From the NCBI GenBank assembly GCA_964019335.1, contig OZ025746.1:124001-188000 (forward strand): a DNA stretch of 64,000 nt, in the 5' to 3' direction. Position numbers and translations under genes: made by a program. Under the pieces are notes generated by a model. That model did no database searches. It had not been told where the DNA came from and saw only the letters and a list, made by a program, of their open reading frames with translations. Shown here piece after piece: positions 53,301 to 64,000 of this stretch. This DNA comes from Diplonema japonicum (taxonomy: Eukaryota > Protista > Euglenozoa: Diplonemea). Position 1 is the stretch's first letter. The number at the start of each line of letters is the position of its first letter.

Positions 53301-56111
53301 TCAGCCCTGCAATTGGTAGAACATCACATAGGCCTTCGAAAAATCCGGGTTTCCCGACGAAGGTGTAACTCGTTCGTCGCTGAACCTGGCCCACATCCCG
53401 TCCTTCCCCTTAACGTCGGCAGTGTAGTGTCCGCCACCGAGACCTCCGTCATGGTTGACAATGGCGGTGAGGTCGTAAGACCGTGCGGTCCCGGTGCAAA
53501 AAGGAACCTGCAGCTGTTTAGGAAAATGCACTGGGGTGCGAACTTTATCAGCAAGATTACCGGTCGTGCAAAATCGGTTTAGCGTGATGACCAATGTCTT
53601 GGGAGTGGTCCACAACGCAAGCTGCTTCAAAGCACGGGTTTCTGTATCGCAACGGGTACACTTCCACTCAGATCCAGCAGGAAGTTGCTCCTGCTTGCTG
53701 TACGCCGATAAACAGTCACTTACCGTAACGTAGCTGTCGCTTCGAACTATAGGAAGCAACAGCGAGTGTTGAACTGTAAACGTGACACTTCGATAACCGC
53801 AGTTTAAGCATTTCAAGGTGCTCCGCTCCAAAAAACCGAAACATTCTGCAACGAGGGATCTGTTGTTGATCATATATGCGTCGATCGATTCAGAAGCAAC
53901 TTCGCCGTCTTGTTTCCCATCTGCTGTTACTTCCGGGATAACCTTTGTACGCTCTTTCCTCGCTGTGTTGAGGTCCTCGTGCAGACAACCCAGCAGCGTT
54001 TGCATGAACTCGTTCGCGTCCTGTTGTTGCTGCCCTTCGAACATTGGGTTGATCGTACTTACTGCCTGTTTGAACGCCGATGGGGAGATTGGGTATGTTG
54101 TGTTCTGTTGCATGTCCATTACAATGCTTCTAAACGTGTTTACAACCCTTCCTGTCGACCCCAATGGATTCACCATGTTGATGTCGTTGAAGTAGGACCC
54201 GTTGATAAAGGGTTTTATCAGAATGGTCGACATTAAACTTTGCAGGATAGAGTTCATGTAGCAGGTGTTGCCAAGGTTGACGAGCCCCCTGCGGGGGTGC
54301 ACGCCTTGCTGAACAGGTGCGTCGAATCCCCATTTCGATGTTTTAAGCATGTCGTTGCGTTCTCTTGTCTGCCTCTTCAGCTCGTCCAGTTCCCGTTGCA
54401 ACGCGACAACCTCGAGGTCCGCGGGGAGAGGTTCCCGGACGGGGTTCACAACCGTCGGGTTCAATGTTTTTTTTTGTTGTTGTAAATCACGGATCTGCGC
54501 TTTGTATGATGTCCCCTTTGCAAGCTCCACAGCGCGTACCTCGAGCAACCCGGAATGTTCAGCTACCACCTTGACAGCCTCTGTTACTGTGTCAAGGGTT
54601 TTCAAGTGAGCCGCCCACGACGGGTGTGATGATGCTTTTGCTGTCGTTGCCGACAGCTCCTCGACGATTGCGTCGGCTCGTGTTTTGACGGATCTGAAGC
54701 TCTCATGGTTCGCGCGTTGCGCGGGGTCCTTGTTCAGGCTTTCGAACTCGTCTTGCAGCGCCTTTGCCTTGTCGATCAAGGCGCCCATCCCTGTGATCAC
54801 CTTCTCCACCTCCGCTCTGCGGGTTTTCTCCTTCAGCTCCTCCAGTTCCCGTTGCAACGCGACAACCTCGAGTTCCTCGGGGGACGGAACCGGTACCGGT
54901 GGTGCAGGGGGTTTCCGTTGTTGTTGCTGCTGTTGTTGTTGTTGTTGTTGTTGTTGTAAAGCGCGGGTCCGTTCGAGCTCCACCGCATGAGCTTCAAGCG
55001 ATCCGGAGCTTTTCGCGACGTTTTCGACACCGGTTGCCACGACGTTGAGGTTTCGAGCGTAGTTTGTTAGAGACGGGTTGTTTGCTACCTTAGCTGCTGT
55101 CGCCGAGAGATGCGAGGCGAGTATTTCAGCGGTTGCCTTAACCTCTGCACAGGCTTTGGGGCTTGCACGCCGTGACAAGCTAGCTTCAAGACCTTCGAAG
55201 TCGTCCTGCAGCGATTTGGCCCTTTCCATCAAACCCTCCACTTCGGCGATCGTTTTCTCTGTTTGTTTGTTGATGTCCTCCGTGTCCTGCAGAAGGCTCA
55301 GCACAGCGTCCGCTTTCTTCGTTGCCGCCGTGGTTTCCTCGAACAACGCCGACAGCCCTGCGGACGGGGCCACATCGTGTTGATGCGAGTTGGTATCAAC
55401 AGGAGAGTTGTGCGTGGAAGATGGGCCCAAGAGCGAGGCAAGTGGATCGCTGGGCTGAGGCAGAGGTGTTTGAGTAATAGGGGGTGAAATAGGGTTAGTG
55501 CTGAACAATTTCTGTAAAGGATCGATGTGATGTGTATCGATCGATTCCAACTCTTCGAGTTCGTACTCTGTAGCGTAGTCTAAAGGCCGCTCTGAAGAGG
55601 CAAGGGTGGTCAGGGCTGTCCATTCCTTTCGCTGCTCTTCGTTGGTTCTGTGTCGTTCTGACTGTTCCGCGTCGGGGATCTTTTGCAGGTATCCGTTGAG
55701 CTCGTTGAGCCGGTCTAATTTGCGTTTCACGCGAGCCTCCTCAACCCGGTGGATTTCGTCCTTAAAAACTTGTTCATACTGAAGGGCTTCACACGCGTCC
55801 ATGGCTTTTCCCAGTTTTCTTTTCCACCCAGGGATGTCTTTATTTCTAGGGTGTTTCAGCACCGATCCGCTTACGATTAGGGCGTAGAGAAAGTAATAGT
55901 ACCACATCCAGTCGCTCGCGGCAACTTTTTCCGCCTCTTTCGCGCATTCCAGCACCCTATCCAAATCTCTCTCCATCACCGGCAGGCTCACCGCTTTTAA
56001 TTTGAATTGGTCGGCGTGGCGCATCGCCTTGTTCTTCAGCTCTGTTTTGTAGTCATCAAAGGTCATCCCCTCGTGGTCCAACGGGACCACACGCGTGGTG
56101 GCATATTGCAT
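53301..56111 (-). CDS. Ubiquitin-specific protease (C19), USP8/Doa4-like, 936 aa
   Basis: Cys box GLVNLGNTCYMNSILQ, QQDANEF, His box NHDGGLGGGHYTA, WARFSDE. Confidence 0.92.
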   Translation of the reverse strand: MQYATTRVVPLDHEGMTFDDYKTELKNKAMRHADQFKLKAVSLPVMERDLDRVLECAKEAEKVAASDWMWYYYFLYALIVSGSVLKHPRNKDIPGWKRKLGKAMDACEALQYEQVFKDEIHRVEEARVKRKLDRLNELNGYLQKIPDAEQSERHRTNEEQRKEWTALTTLASSERPLDYATEYELEELESIDTHHIDPLQKLFSTNPISPPITQTPLPQPSDPLASLLGPSSTHNSPVDTNSHQHDVAPSAGLSALFEETTAATKKADAVLSLLQDTEDINKQTEKTIAEVEGLMERAKSLQDDFEGLEASLSRRASPKACAEVKATAEILASHLSATAAKVANNPSLTNYARNLNVVATGVENVAKSSGSLEAHAVELERTRALQQQQQQQQQQQQQRKPPAPPVPVPSPEELEVVALQRELEELKEKTRRAEVEKVITGMGALIDKAKALQDEFESLNKDPAQRANHESFRSVKTRADAIVEELSATTAKASSHPSWAAHLKTLDTVTEAVKVVAEHSGLLEVRAVELAKGTSYKAQIRDLQQQKKTLNPTVVNPVREPLPADLEVVALQRELDELKRQTRERNDMLKTSKWGFDAPVQQGVHPRRGLVNLGNTCYMNSILQSLMSTILIKPFINGSYFNDINMVNPLGSTGRVVNTFRSIVMDMQQNTTYPISPSAFKQAVSTINPMFEGQQQQDANEFMQTLLGCLHEDLNTARKERTKVIPEVTADGKQDGEVASESIDAYMINNRSLVAECFGFLERSTLKCLNCGYRSVTFTVQHSLLLPIVRSDSYVTVSDCLSAYSKQEQLPAGSEWKCTRCDTETRALKQLALWTTPKTLVITLNRFCTTGNLADKVRTPVHFPKQLQVPFCTGTARSYDLTAIVNHDGGLGGGHYTADVKGKDGMWARFSDERVTPSSGNPDFSKAYVMFYQLQG

Positions 56112-56377
56112 GGTTTAAAAAAAAAAACCCCCCCACGCCTGTTTTTTTTTTTTTGGCACACACAAAAATGAAAAAAATGAGGACGGGGGGAAATAATTGG
56201 GGGGGGGGGAAGATGTTGTGTAAATAAAAGGACAATGAAAAAAAATCAGCCCCGGGGCTATTGAAATAACCTCCGTTTTTCTTCTTCTTTTTTTTTTTTA
56301 AAAGCTATCTCGAACGGTGTCGGTCGGACTGTCGCGGTCTTCTATCCAGCTCCCCCCCCCCCCCCCCCCCATCCTTT

Positions 56378-58012
56378 CTACCCCCTCAACGCAACAAGCG
56401 TTGCATCATACATTTCCATGAAGGACGAGACGTTCACAGAAACGTGGTTGTTATGCTGTGAGACAGGCTGGTTGTGCTTGTTCTGGTCAACGTCGGGCTT
56501 TCGAAAAATGTGTTTGCAATTCTTCTGGTTTTTGGGATGCCGAGGATTGCATTCTAACTTACCCTGGTAGTGGTAACGGTGCACCCACGGAGGCTCGATG
56601 GTCGGCCCGCTAAACGGTGGGAACTGCACATCAACTGTGATGAAGACCGCACCCGGTTGCAGGAACAGACAGTGCATCATCGAAGCACCGTGCGGAGCGA
56701 CAAGATGGCTCGCGTGTTGTAACAACCTATATTGTTCCCCCATGGGCATTGCGAACTTTGTCACATTGACATGGTGCCCCCGGACGGCCTGAATCTCATG
56801 AAGAACCTTGTTTTCGTTAATGATGTCTCTTGCCCAGTCACCTTTCCGTGACGCCCAGATTACATAGTAGCGGGGTGCGGCGGGTGACGGTGTGATTTTT
56901 CCGTACTTGTGTCCCCAGAAATTCTTCCACCCCCACATCACCCGTCCGCATTCCGTTCCAAAATGATTAAGCCCAGCGGCGCTTATGGGTACTCCGTCCA
57001 GCCCCCATACTGGCAGACAAGTGCTTGGCGCGCCTATTAAAAATTTCTTTATCAAAACCGGTTTGTCCAGTGGATCCACGAACACCTTCGCGATGTCCTT
57101 CGCCATTTTCCCGAACTCCGTCGACAGGCATTTTTCAGAACCGGATATCGCACAGATCTGCCAATCTGTCCCGAGATTTTTTATCAGTTTGAGCATGCCG
57201 GCAGATGGGGACCCCCATGGTCTGTTTCCACCCCATGGGTGAACAATACATATTTTCCGCTGTGAATTTCCGGACACGATCCAAGGAAGCAGCCCGTGAA
57301 AGAGGGGTATGAGTACTTCCGCCAGCACATGCCACATGGTGTGGTAGTCCGTGGGGGTTTGGTATATACCGATGTCGCACACCACGGACGGAGGTGTTTT
57401 GAATGTTGTGTTGAAGGGGTACAAGGTGATCTGAGATTCAACAATCTGATGCATCTTTCCCTTCAAGGAGGAGAAGTAACCGGGTATTGAGTACGTCCTT
57501 GCAGATTCCCTTGTTGTGGAGTACACTTCTCCCTTGTGCAAAACCGCGTTTTTAACGGCGAAATAGTTCGACGGGTGTAGCGGGTTTCCACTAGCTTGCC
57601 CGTAAGCATATTTTACGCAAGGCCAGTTTGCAGGTAATACCTCGGGCAATGTCCCGTCCTCTTGCAGTTTCGCTGCTGCGGTGCAGGCGGGGTGTTTCGC
57701 TGCTTGTATTTCCATTACATTGTCTTTTTCCAGCCCCTCTTCTATCGTTTTTCTCCGCTCGGAAAAAACATATTCCCATTCCGCTTGGCTCGGAGGTGAT
57801 GTTGCGGAGCTACTCTTGTACCAAGTCCTTCTCTTCCATTCCCGGTACCCGATTTCTTTTTTCAACGGTTTTGGTGGTCGGGGCGGCGGCGGCAGAGGCG
57901 GCGGCCGCGGCTCCCCGTCGTCCGGTTCTTTAAAAACCTCCCACATCACTATCTCAATCGTCACAACGAGAAGCCCGGTTGTTATGATGATCATGGCGGT
58001 TAGAGTGATCAT
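56378..58012 (-). CDS. Glycosyltransferase family 61-like type II membrane protein, ~544 aa
   Basis: N-terminal TM segment and Pro-rich stem; WHVLAEVLIPLF, RDIINE, EQYRLLQHASHLVAPHGASMMHCLFLQPGA. Confidence 0.82.
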   Translation of the reverse strand: MITLTAMIIITTGLLVVTIEIVMWEVFKEPDDGEPRPPPLPPPPRPPKPLKKEIGYREWKRRTWYKSSSATSPPSQAEWEYVFSERRKTIEEGLEKDNVMEIQAAKHPACTAAAKLQEDGTLPEVLPANWPCVKYAYGQASGNPLHPSNYFAVKNAVLHKGEVYSTTRESARTYSIPGYFSSLKGKMHQIVESQITLYPFNTTFKTPPSVVCDIGIYQTPTDYHTMWHVLAEVLIPLFHGLLPWIVSGNSQRKICIVHPWGGNRPWGSPSAGMLKLIKNLGTDWQICAISGSEKCLSTEFGKMAKDIAKVFVDPLDKPVLIKKFLIGAPSTCLPVWGLDGVPISAAGLNHFGTECGRVMWGWKNFWGHKYGKITPSPAAPRYYVIWASRKGDWARDIINENKVLHEIQAVRGHHVNVTKFAMPMGEQYRLLQHASHLVAPHGASMMHCLFLQPGAVFITVDVQFPPFSGPTIEPPWVHRYHYQGKLECNPRHPKNQKNCKHIFRKPDVDQNKHNQPVSQHNNHVSVNVSSFMEMYDATLVALRG

Positions 58013-58071
58013 TTTTTTTTTTCTTTCTTTTTCGCGGCCTTTTTTTTTTTCCATTTTTTTTTTTTTTTTTT

Positions 58072-58795
58072 TTTTATTTCACTCTTCAGAAATTACTTCA
58101 CGCACTGGGGGGCCCATTACTTCACGCTAAATCTCATTACTTCACAGTGAAATAATGGCCTGTTTTCCATGAAGTAATAGGGGGTTTCTGTTAAATAATA
58201 TGCCAATTTTTGCCTCGGTTCGGTTCCCAGTGGGGCTACTTTTTCCTCTCAGTTTGCTATTTCCCCCCAGGTTCAGCTCAATTGGCCAACTTTTGCCTCG
58301 GCTCAGTTCCAAGTTGGACTACTTTTTCCTCCCAATTTGCCCACTTTTGGCTAGGCCTTGTTCCCAGTTTCTGTGGGTAACTCTTCTGTGGGTAAGGGTA
58401 ACTTAGTCAGCTTACCCAAGCACCCCAAAAGACTTCAAAATACCGAAGCAGCAGAAAAAAAGGAGCCAGCGGCCGCGCCAGGTATGGGAAGGCCTGATTA
58501 GAGATGGTGACAGTGGCAATGCCAGCGACAGCGGCAGCTCTTAGTCAACAAAAGGAGGGAAAACAACTTGTATTGTAACCTTTGTAACCCCTCTCTTGTT
58601 GTACCCCTTGTCACCCCGTTGTGCCCCTCGTGGTGAAGTAATTTCTGAGTGTCGTGAAATAAAACCACTTACCTACCGCCAAGTAATGCTTTACCGACCT
58701 CTCGGTTCCGCATTCTACCATCTCGGGCCCTGCGGGCCCTCGACGGTAAAATGCGGAACCTCGAGGTAACGGTAAAGTCTTGTTGGCAGTAAATA
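58072..58795. mobile_element. Non-autonomous element with an inverted-repeat pair followed by a ~120-bp hairpin; ends approximate
   Basis: ttttatttcactcttcagaaattacttcac (58072-58101) is inverted at 58633-58664. attacttcac is reiterated three times at the left end. Hairpin 58674-58791. Confidence 0.6.
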
Positions 58796-58833
58796 GCTAT
58801 TTTTTTTCATGCGCTCAAAGATTTTTCGAAATA

Positions 58834-60414
58834 CTGTAAAACGAAAAACTCCCGGACGGAAAAATGTCCGAGTTTTTTTGGCGTCCGGGAATTTTTCCGT
58901 CCGGGAATTTTTTTTAGGTAAGGCCGTCAGGGGGCCTGGTCCACTACCACCTACATACTGGCCTGGGCTGCAAACGGCAACCGCGCGAAGAAACCCCCAG
59001 GGTTCCCTTTCTGCATCTTTGTCCTCCCTTGCTGCCCCTGAGGCAATCAGCTTGTCGAGCCTTCGTGTGGCCTACTACCTTTCTTAATAGATGCTTTACA
59101 GCTGCGTTCAACCCAATATCCATCGGTTGAACCATGTAGGTGAGCCCAGGGGGACAAAAGCAATGTGCACGTTTGCGCCTGCGAACCACTCTACGAACCC
59201 ATAGGCATAGGTCGTGTGAGAGTTGTGGTCGCCGACAAGCAGCAGAATCGGCCCGTTCGGCAAAACCAGCAAAAAGGAAGAACGGCGATGCCGTTAGGCT
59301 CCATTCGGTGGGCGGGTGCTTGACCGGGGCATCACCGGATAATCCCTGCCGGTTGCGTTTCCGCTTTGCCTTTGTATTTAACCATCCAGCCAAGGAAACA
59401 GCCAGCTGTTCGGTTATAGCCCGTTTTGTCCAAAGCCACGGACTTTTACGACCTTAGCCCCCCTTTTTGTTTTGGTTTTTAACCCCGTATTCCAGACCAA
59501 TTCCGGCCTTACTTTATGGGTGTCGATTATGGACCTGAATTCCATGGTGAAACAGCGTGCCTTCTTCGTTGTCCTTCTCGTTTCCGGGCTTTCCGGAGGT
59601 GGCTTGCGGCTTTTGTCTTTCTTGCTGCAAAGTTTTGTCAGCCTAGCCAGTGGAAAAGGGCAGTGCCCCACCAAAGTCTACCAGGTCTGTCTTTCGGGCT
59701 GGATTGGCGCACAGCAGCCCTTCTGCATAGGTGCATATTTGTTGTGCTGGGATAGGCTCACCAAGCCCGTTTACCTATCGACTCAAGCAAAAATCTTTCA
59801 GCCCCCGAAGGATGCTAAATCCCGTATTGGGCGATACGCTGCTATCACGGCGTCGCGGCGGCCAGGGTGTGGTAGGGTGGAATAGCAACGTCCAGTATTT
59901 CCGTCTGGAAGAAACCGGGGGCTCTGTGAACCTGTTGCTGCCGTCTTCTGACCGAGGCAGAGGCCGCCAAGCTGCTTTCGGGGGTTTGTACTGGCCCGGT
60001 GTAAGGGGTTTATCTCCTCCACCTCTCGGGGGTGAGCTGGCCGGGGGTGTCAGCACCAAAGTTGGGCCCCTCACAAGCCAGCTGCTCAACGTGCCTTGGG
60101 TAGTCGAACTGGTCAATCTGACGAAAGAAGTACGGGTTTATGAGAAGTTAAAGATCCCGTGGGTGCTGTTTGTTGGTGCATTGAAAGGGGAAGAAAAATT
60201 CAAACTGCCACGCAGGGTGACATTTTGGCTCTGCACAAGGAATAAAGCCCTTCCAGGCAAACGTGGTGGGAGCTGCTACCCCCCTTAAGTAAAAAAACTT
60301 CTTCCCAGAAAAACTCCCGGAAAAATGTCCGGGTTTTTTTGGTGTCCGGGAGTTTTTCCGTCCGGGAGTTTTTCTGTCCGAGAATTTTTCCGTCCGACAT
60401 TATTCGTTTTACAG
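58834..60414 (-). mobile_element. Decayed pogo/Tigger-like (Tc1/mariner superfamily) DNA transposon, 1581 bp, TA TSD
   Basis: TA|CTGTAAAACGAA ... TTCGTTTTACAG|TA; subterminal tttttccgtccgg repeats; DDE_1 remnants PPGLTYMVQPMDIGLNAAVK and ELVWN in broken frames. Confidence 0.88.
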
Positions 60415-60471
60415 TATAAAAAAAAAAAAGAAAAGTAGGAACACTCGTTCACCCCCTCCTCCCCATATACA

Positions 60472-60504
<33 letters not shown>

Positions 60505-60509
<5 letters not shown>

Positions 60510-62319
60510 GGGCCTCTCTTACACACGCATCCAAGATTTCAGGTTCCAGTTGCTCTGCTGAAATGGTGCGTTCGACGGCGGTGGAAACGAGGAGCTTGAG
60601 GATGTTTTGAAAGTCTTGGCTCGTCTTGCACATGGTGCCCAGCGTCGCATCGAGGTACGCGGTGTCCAGTTCCAACTGCTGCAGAAAACCGGAAGTGGGG
60701 AAGGTCCCGGCCCGGGTGAGCTCCAAGACAGTTCTGAGGACACGCGTCACAAGGCAGCTCATCACGACACCGCTGTCTATCTCCGCCGGTCGCGTGACGA
60801 AAGAAGGACCGGAGGCGAAAACCCTGTCAATGCCAGTTCCTATAAGACTGATCCCTCTCGAGCTCTTTGAGACCCCGCTTCCTTTGCTTCGCTGGTCCTT
60901 AGGTTTAGATTTTAACGGAGGGATCGCGGTCTTCACGGCAGAGTGGATATCTTTTATAGATTCGACCATTATTTTGACACCTTCAGAGACGCCGAGTTTT
61001 TCAAATTTGTTGGTTGATGAAAAATACCCAGTGTCACGAAGGGTCAGCGCCACCCTGGAACTTTCTGATAAAACGTATGAAAACGACGCGTCGAGCCCGG
61101 AAGTCACTAAACTTTCGGACATCCTCGATTTGGTTAGAAAATGGATGAACGAGATGACCTTCAAACAGTTGCTGTGGTCGGTTTGCAGAGATAATAGGAC
61201 TGAGTTGATCACATCTTGGTCAACGGAGGCGGAGAAGAACGAGTTTAAGGAAAGGATGCCGTTTTCCAGCTCTTTGCTGGGGGTTTGTTGCTGGTCGGGC
61301 GTTGCGGCTACAAGGCTTGATATGTGCAATGAAAGCCTCCGCTTCCATTCCTCCTGAATTTTTTTCGACGCTGCAAAAACAGCTTCGTCGCCAGACGACG
61401 GTTCTTCTACAACGTTTGACCAGGCATCACGACGGTCTCCTATAATTTTAAACCGTCGTTCTATTTCGTCTCCGTGTATTGAAAATGGAGCGTTGCGGGT
61501 TTCGTTGAAAAGGATTTCAATGTCTTTTTTGTCAGATTCTTCCAAACTTTTCGACACGATGTCGATGCATTTTGCGAGAGATTCTTCAGAACCGGGGCGG
61601 TTTAACAGTTTGAAAATTTTTTCCAACGACGTAAAACTCTCGAAGCTTTCCAGGCCCTTCGCGGTGATCTGTCCGATGAGATTCGCTTCCAGTTCCGACA
61701 CTATCCCCACGCAAGACTCTCGAACGTTAGCAAAACTTTTTATGTCTACGTATTTTGTGAGGATTCTCTCACCTGCGGACCAGCAACGCAGGGCCTCCTC
61801 ATACCGTTGTGTAGAGATGTAGTAGTCAAGTCGGTCTGGGAGCTCTGCGATGAACCGGACTTTTTGCAGGCTGGAACTCACGTGATGGAGGCGTTGAATC
61901 TCAGATTTTGTGGCGGAAAGGCTTTGTTCGACTGTTTTGTGGGTAGTTTCGACGCCCTGTAGGCCAGTTTCAAGTTCTTTCATTAAGTCGCCCATGCCGG
62001 CGACACTGCCTCGCATTCCACTGACGAGTTTTGTCGCGCTGATGAAATTTGTGTAGTTGCCATACACAAGCATTTGGAGTTCGCCGTCGAGCTCTTTGAT
62101 CTCCTCGCCTAGGGAAACGTCCTTTGCGAGGAGTTTTTGTATGCCACCCTTCGCCACGATTTTCTTCACATAGCCGCCGACGTCGCACCCCGCCGCGTCC
62201 AGCTCGTCGCGGTTCTGGTTCTGCTCCTCCTCTCCTTGTGGAATACTGTAGTAGGCCTTCAGCATGTTTCTCTTTCTTCTGCTGTCGGCCCGCTTTATCG
62301 TCGGTTCTTCCGATGACAT
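60505..62319 (-). CDS. VPS51: VPS51 (GARP/EARP subunit), 604 aa
   Basis: RRKRNMLKAYY and EIKELDGELQMLVYGNYTNFISAT (Vps51 N-terminal signature); C-terminal LQQLELD. Confidence 0.85.
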
Positions 62320-62591
62320 TTTTTTTTTTTTTTTTTTTTTTTTTTTGTTATGAATTTGTAAATTCCCCCAACCCTCTTTTTTTTTTTTTTTTTTTTTTTT
62401 TGGAGGAAAAAAAAAAAAAAAAAAAAAGAGGCAGTGTGGAATTTAATTGGAAGAGTCATCGATCACATGGTAGTGAAAAAAAAAAGGGAAATGAGGGAGG
62501 GGGGAGTGGTGTGGAATCAGTATGTGATTGCTCTTTTTTTTTTTTTTCTTTCTTCTCATTCTTTTGGTTAAAAAAAAAAAAATATATATCG

Positions 62592-62715
62592 ATAAAGTTT
62601 CAGTGTGCATGAGGGTTGTTCACTGTTCAGAATACACTCACACCAATCGGCCACCGTTCTGCGGTTGCTGTCTGGTGCCTGCGGTGATGCTGCGGGATAA
62701 GCACCCTCGACTTAG
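62592..62715. repeat. Dispersed element with conserved blocks, copy B
   Basis: Same blocks as 2151-2313, with an unrelated and shorter middle. Confidence 0.6.
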
Positions 62716-63027
62716 CATCGGTTCCCCCTTTTTTCCGCATATCGCATTCTATTGGCCTTCTCCGCGAGGAAGTCCATGGTCGTCAAGCGGGCCTGTCCGA
62801 GTCTCATCATTGATGGAGGTATTGCTCTTACCTACGTGACCAAAAAAAAGGGGGGGGGGAAACAACGAGGTAAGAAGGAAAACAGAAAAAAAAAAACCCC
62901 CCATCCACACAGAAAATCAACCTCTAATATGCCTTATAGGGGCGTATCAATGAAAATGTTCGCAAGTGGGGGGGAGTAGCAAGAAAGCAGCAGATTATTC
63001 ATTTCACTCCCCACATTTTAATTTTGG

Positions 63028-63064
<37 letters not shown>

Positions 63065-63603
63065 CCCTCCTCCTCCCATTAATATTCACTACTGAAACGG
63101 GGGAGAAGTGCGTTGAAAAAGAAAAAAAAGAAAAAAAGAAAAAAAAATCACCGAGCTGGCGTTCCCGTCTTTTGATGCTCTCCGCTGCCCACATCCCTCT
63201 AGTGGCCCTTCTACTTCGTTTGTGCAGATCTAAACACACCGACGTACCCTTTCTTGACGAGAAAAGGGATATATGAGTTAAAAGGAGGTCTTCGTGAGAC
63301 GCTCCCGTGAAAAAAAAGAAGAAAAAGAAACCGGACCGGGATAATTTTTTTATAAAAAAAAAAAAAAAAAAGAACCATATCGCTAAGGGGTCTTTTTTTT
63401 CTCTTTTTTTTTAGATTTCTTGTCGACGGTTCCTTTACCATAATTTTTCTTTTGTAAAAAAAAAAAAGACACAAGTCTTCTTTTTTTTTTTTTTTTTTTT
63501 TTTTTTTCCTTCTTTTTTCCCCCCCCTGAAATTTCTACGAATAAAAAAAAAATTGAGTGTGTATGAAAAAAAAAAAAAAAAAAAAAAAAAAAACAGAACA
63601 TAA

Positions 63604-63641
<38 letters not shown>

Positions 63642-63658
63642 CTTCCCACCTCCATCAA

Positions 63659-64000
63659 CTATGCCTCATGTGTTGGTTCGTAGTTTTCATGTTTTGAACA
63701 GCTTTGTGCGATGTTGCGGGTTTGCTCGTTGCTGTGCTTGGGCTCCTCGTAGTAGTCCTTGTCGGCACAGTGGCACAGCACAAGGGTATCGACAACAGTA
63801 CTGAACATGATCACAAACACGCTGCAAATTATGTACGCGCAAACCAGAACAAAGAGAAGCGGTGCCCAAAGACCCGGCGCGGGGGAAGGCGGCATCCACG
63901 AGGTAAGCGAAAAGTACGCAAAAATCACGGTGGACGCGATAATAATAACCTTCCCAAGAAACACCATGAACGCAGTCACGATCTCAACGACGGCAACACA
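63659..64000 (-). CDS. Choline transporter-like (CTL/SLC44) protein, C-terminal part; 5' end outside the window
   Basis: FMVFLGKVII...FVIMFSTVVDTLVLCHCAD matches the last TM helices of the CTL family. Confidence 0.8.
   Translation of the reverse strand, partial: CVAVVEIVTAFMVFLGKVIIIASTVIFAYFSLTSWMPPSPAPGLWAPLLFVLVCAYIICSVFVIMFSTVVDTLVLCHCADKDYYEEPKHSNEQTRNIAQSCSKHENYEPTHEA

Noticed and set aside
62764-62812. GAGGAAGTCC (RNase P-like) and an ATGATGA box C on the minus strand
   Set aside because: Partner motifs are missing, and the related copy at 2151-2313 lacks them.
1670-63658. Many short poly-Phe and poly-Lys ORFs, and homopolymer N-terminal extensions of real ORFs
   Set aside because: Translations of intergenic T and A runs.

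Overview
Eukaryotic (protist) genomic DNA. About 16 host genes and one apparently intact retrotransposon all lie on the minus strand, separated by homopolymer-rich spacers. Several genes carry very short GT-AG introns. Unidirectional gene order, cis-introns and a spliced-leader-like relic suggest a euglenozoan, probably a diplonemid (inference). Host genes: two apparently identical S53 sedolisin/TPP1 genes flanking a sarcosine-oxidase/flavin-amine-oxidase fusion, a DHHC palmitoyltransferase, a ~4200-aa FN3-repeat protein, a CEP97-like LRR-IQ protein, a TBC Rab-GAP, a PDZ-like protein, NFU1, exportin-7, a short divergent SMC, a USP8-like protease, a GT61 glycosyltransferase, VPS51, a partial CTL/SLC44 transporter and two hypothetical proteins. 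Mobile DNA: an OTU-APE-RT LINE, a 1030-bp TIR element with a 6-bp TSD and a SAP-domain ORF, a decayed pogo-like element, and an inverted-repeat plus hairpin element. Most notable: (1) a 7-copy tandem array of box C/D snoRNA-like units inside the predicted last intron of the FN3 gene; (2) LINE ORF1 and ORF2 in one frame, separated by a single TGA, with a WRGG motif just before the OTU protease; (3) tiny introns with poly(A) in place of a polypyrimidine tract. All calls are by eye, without database searches.
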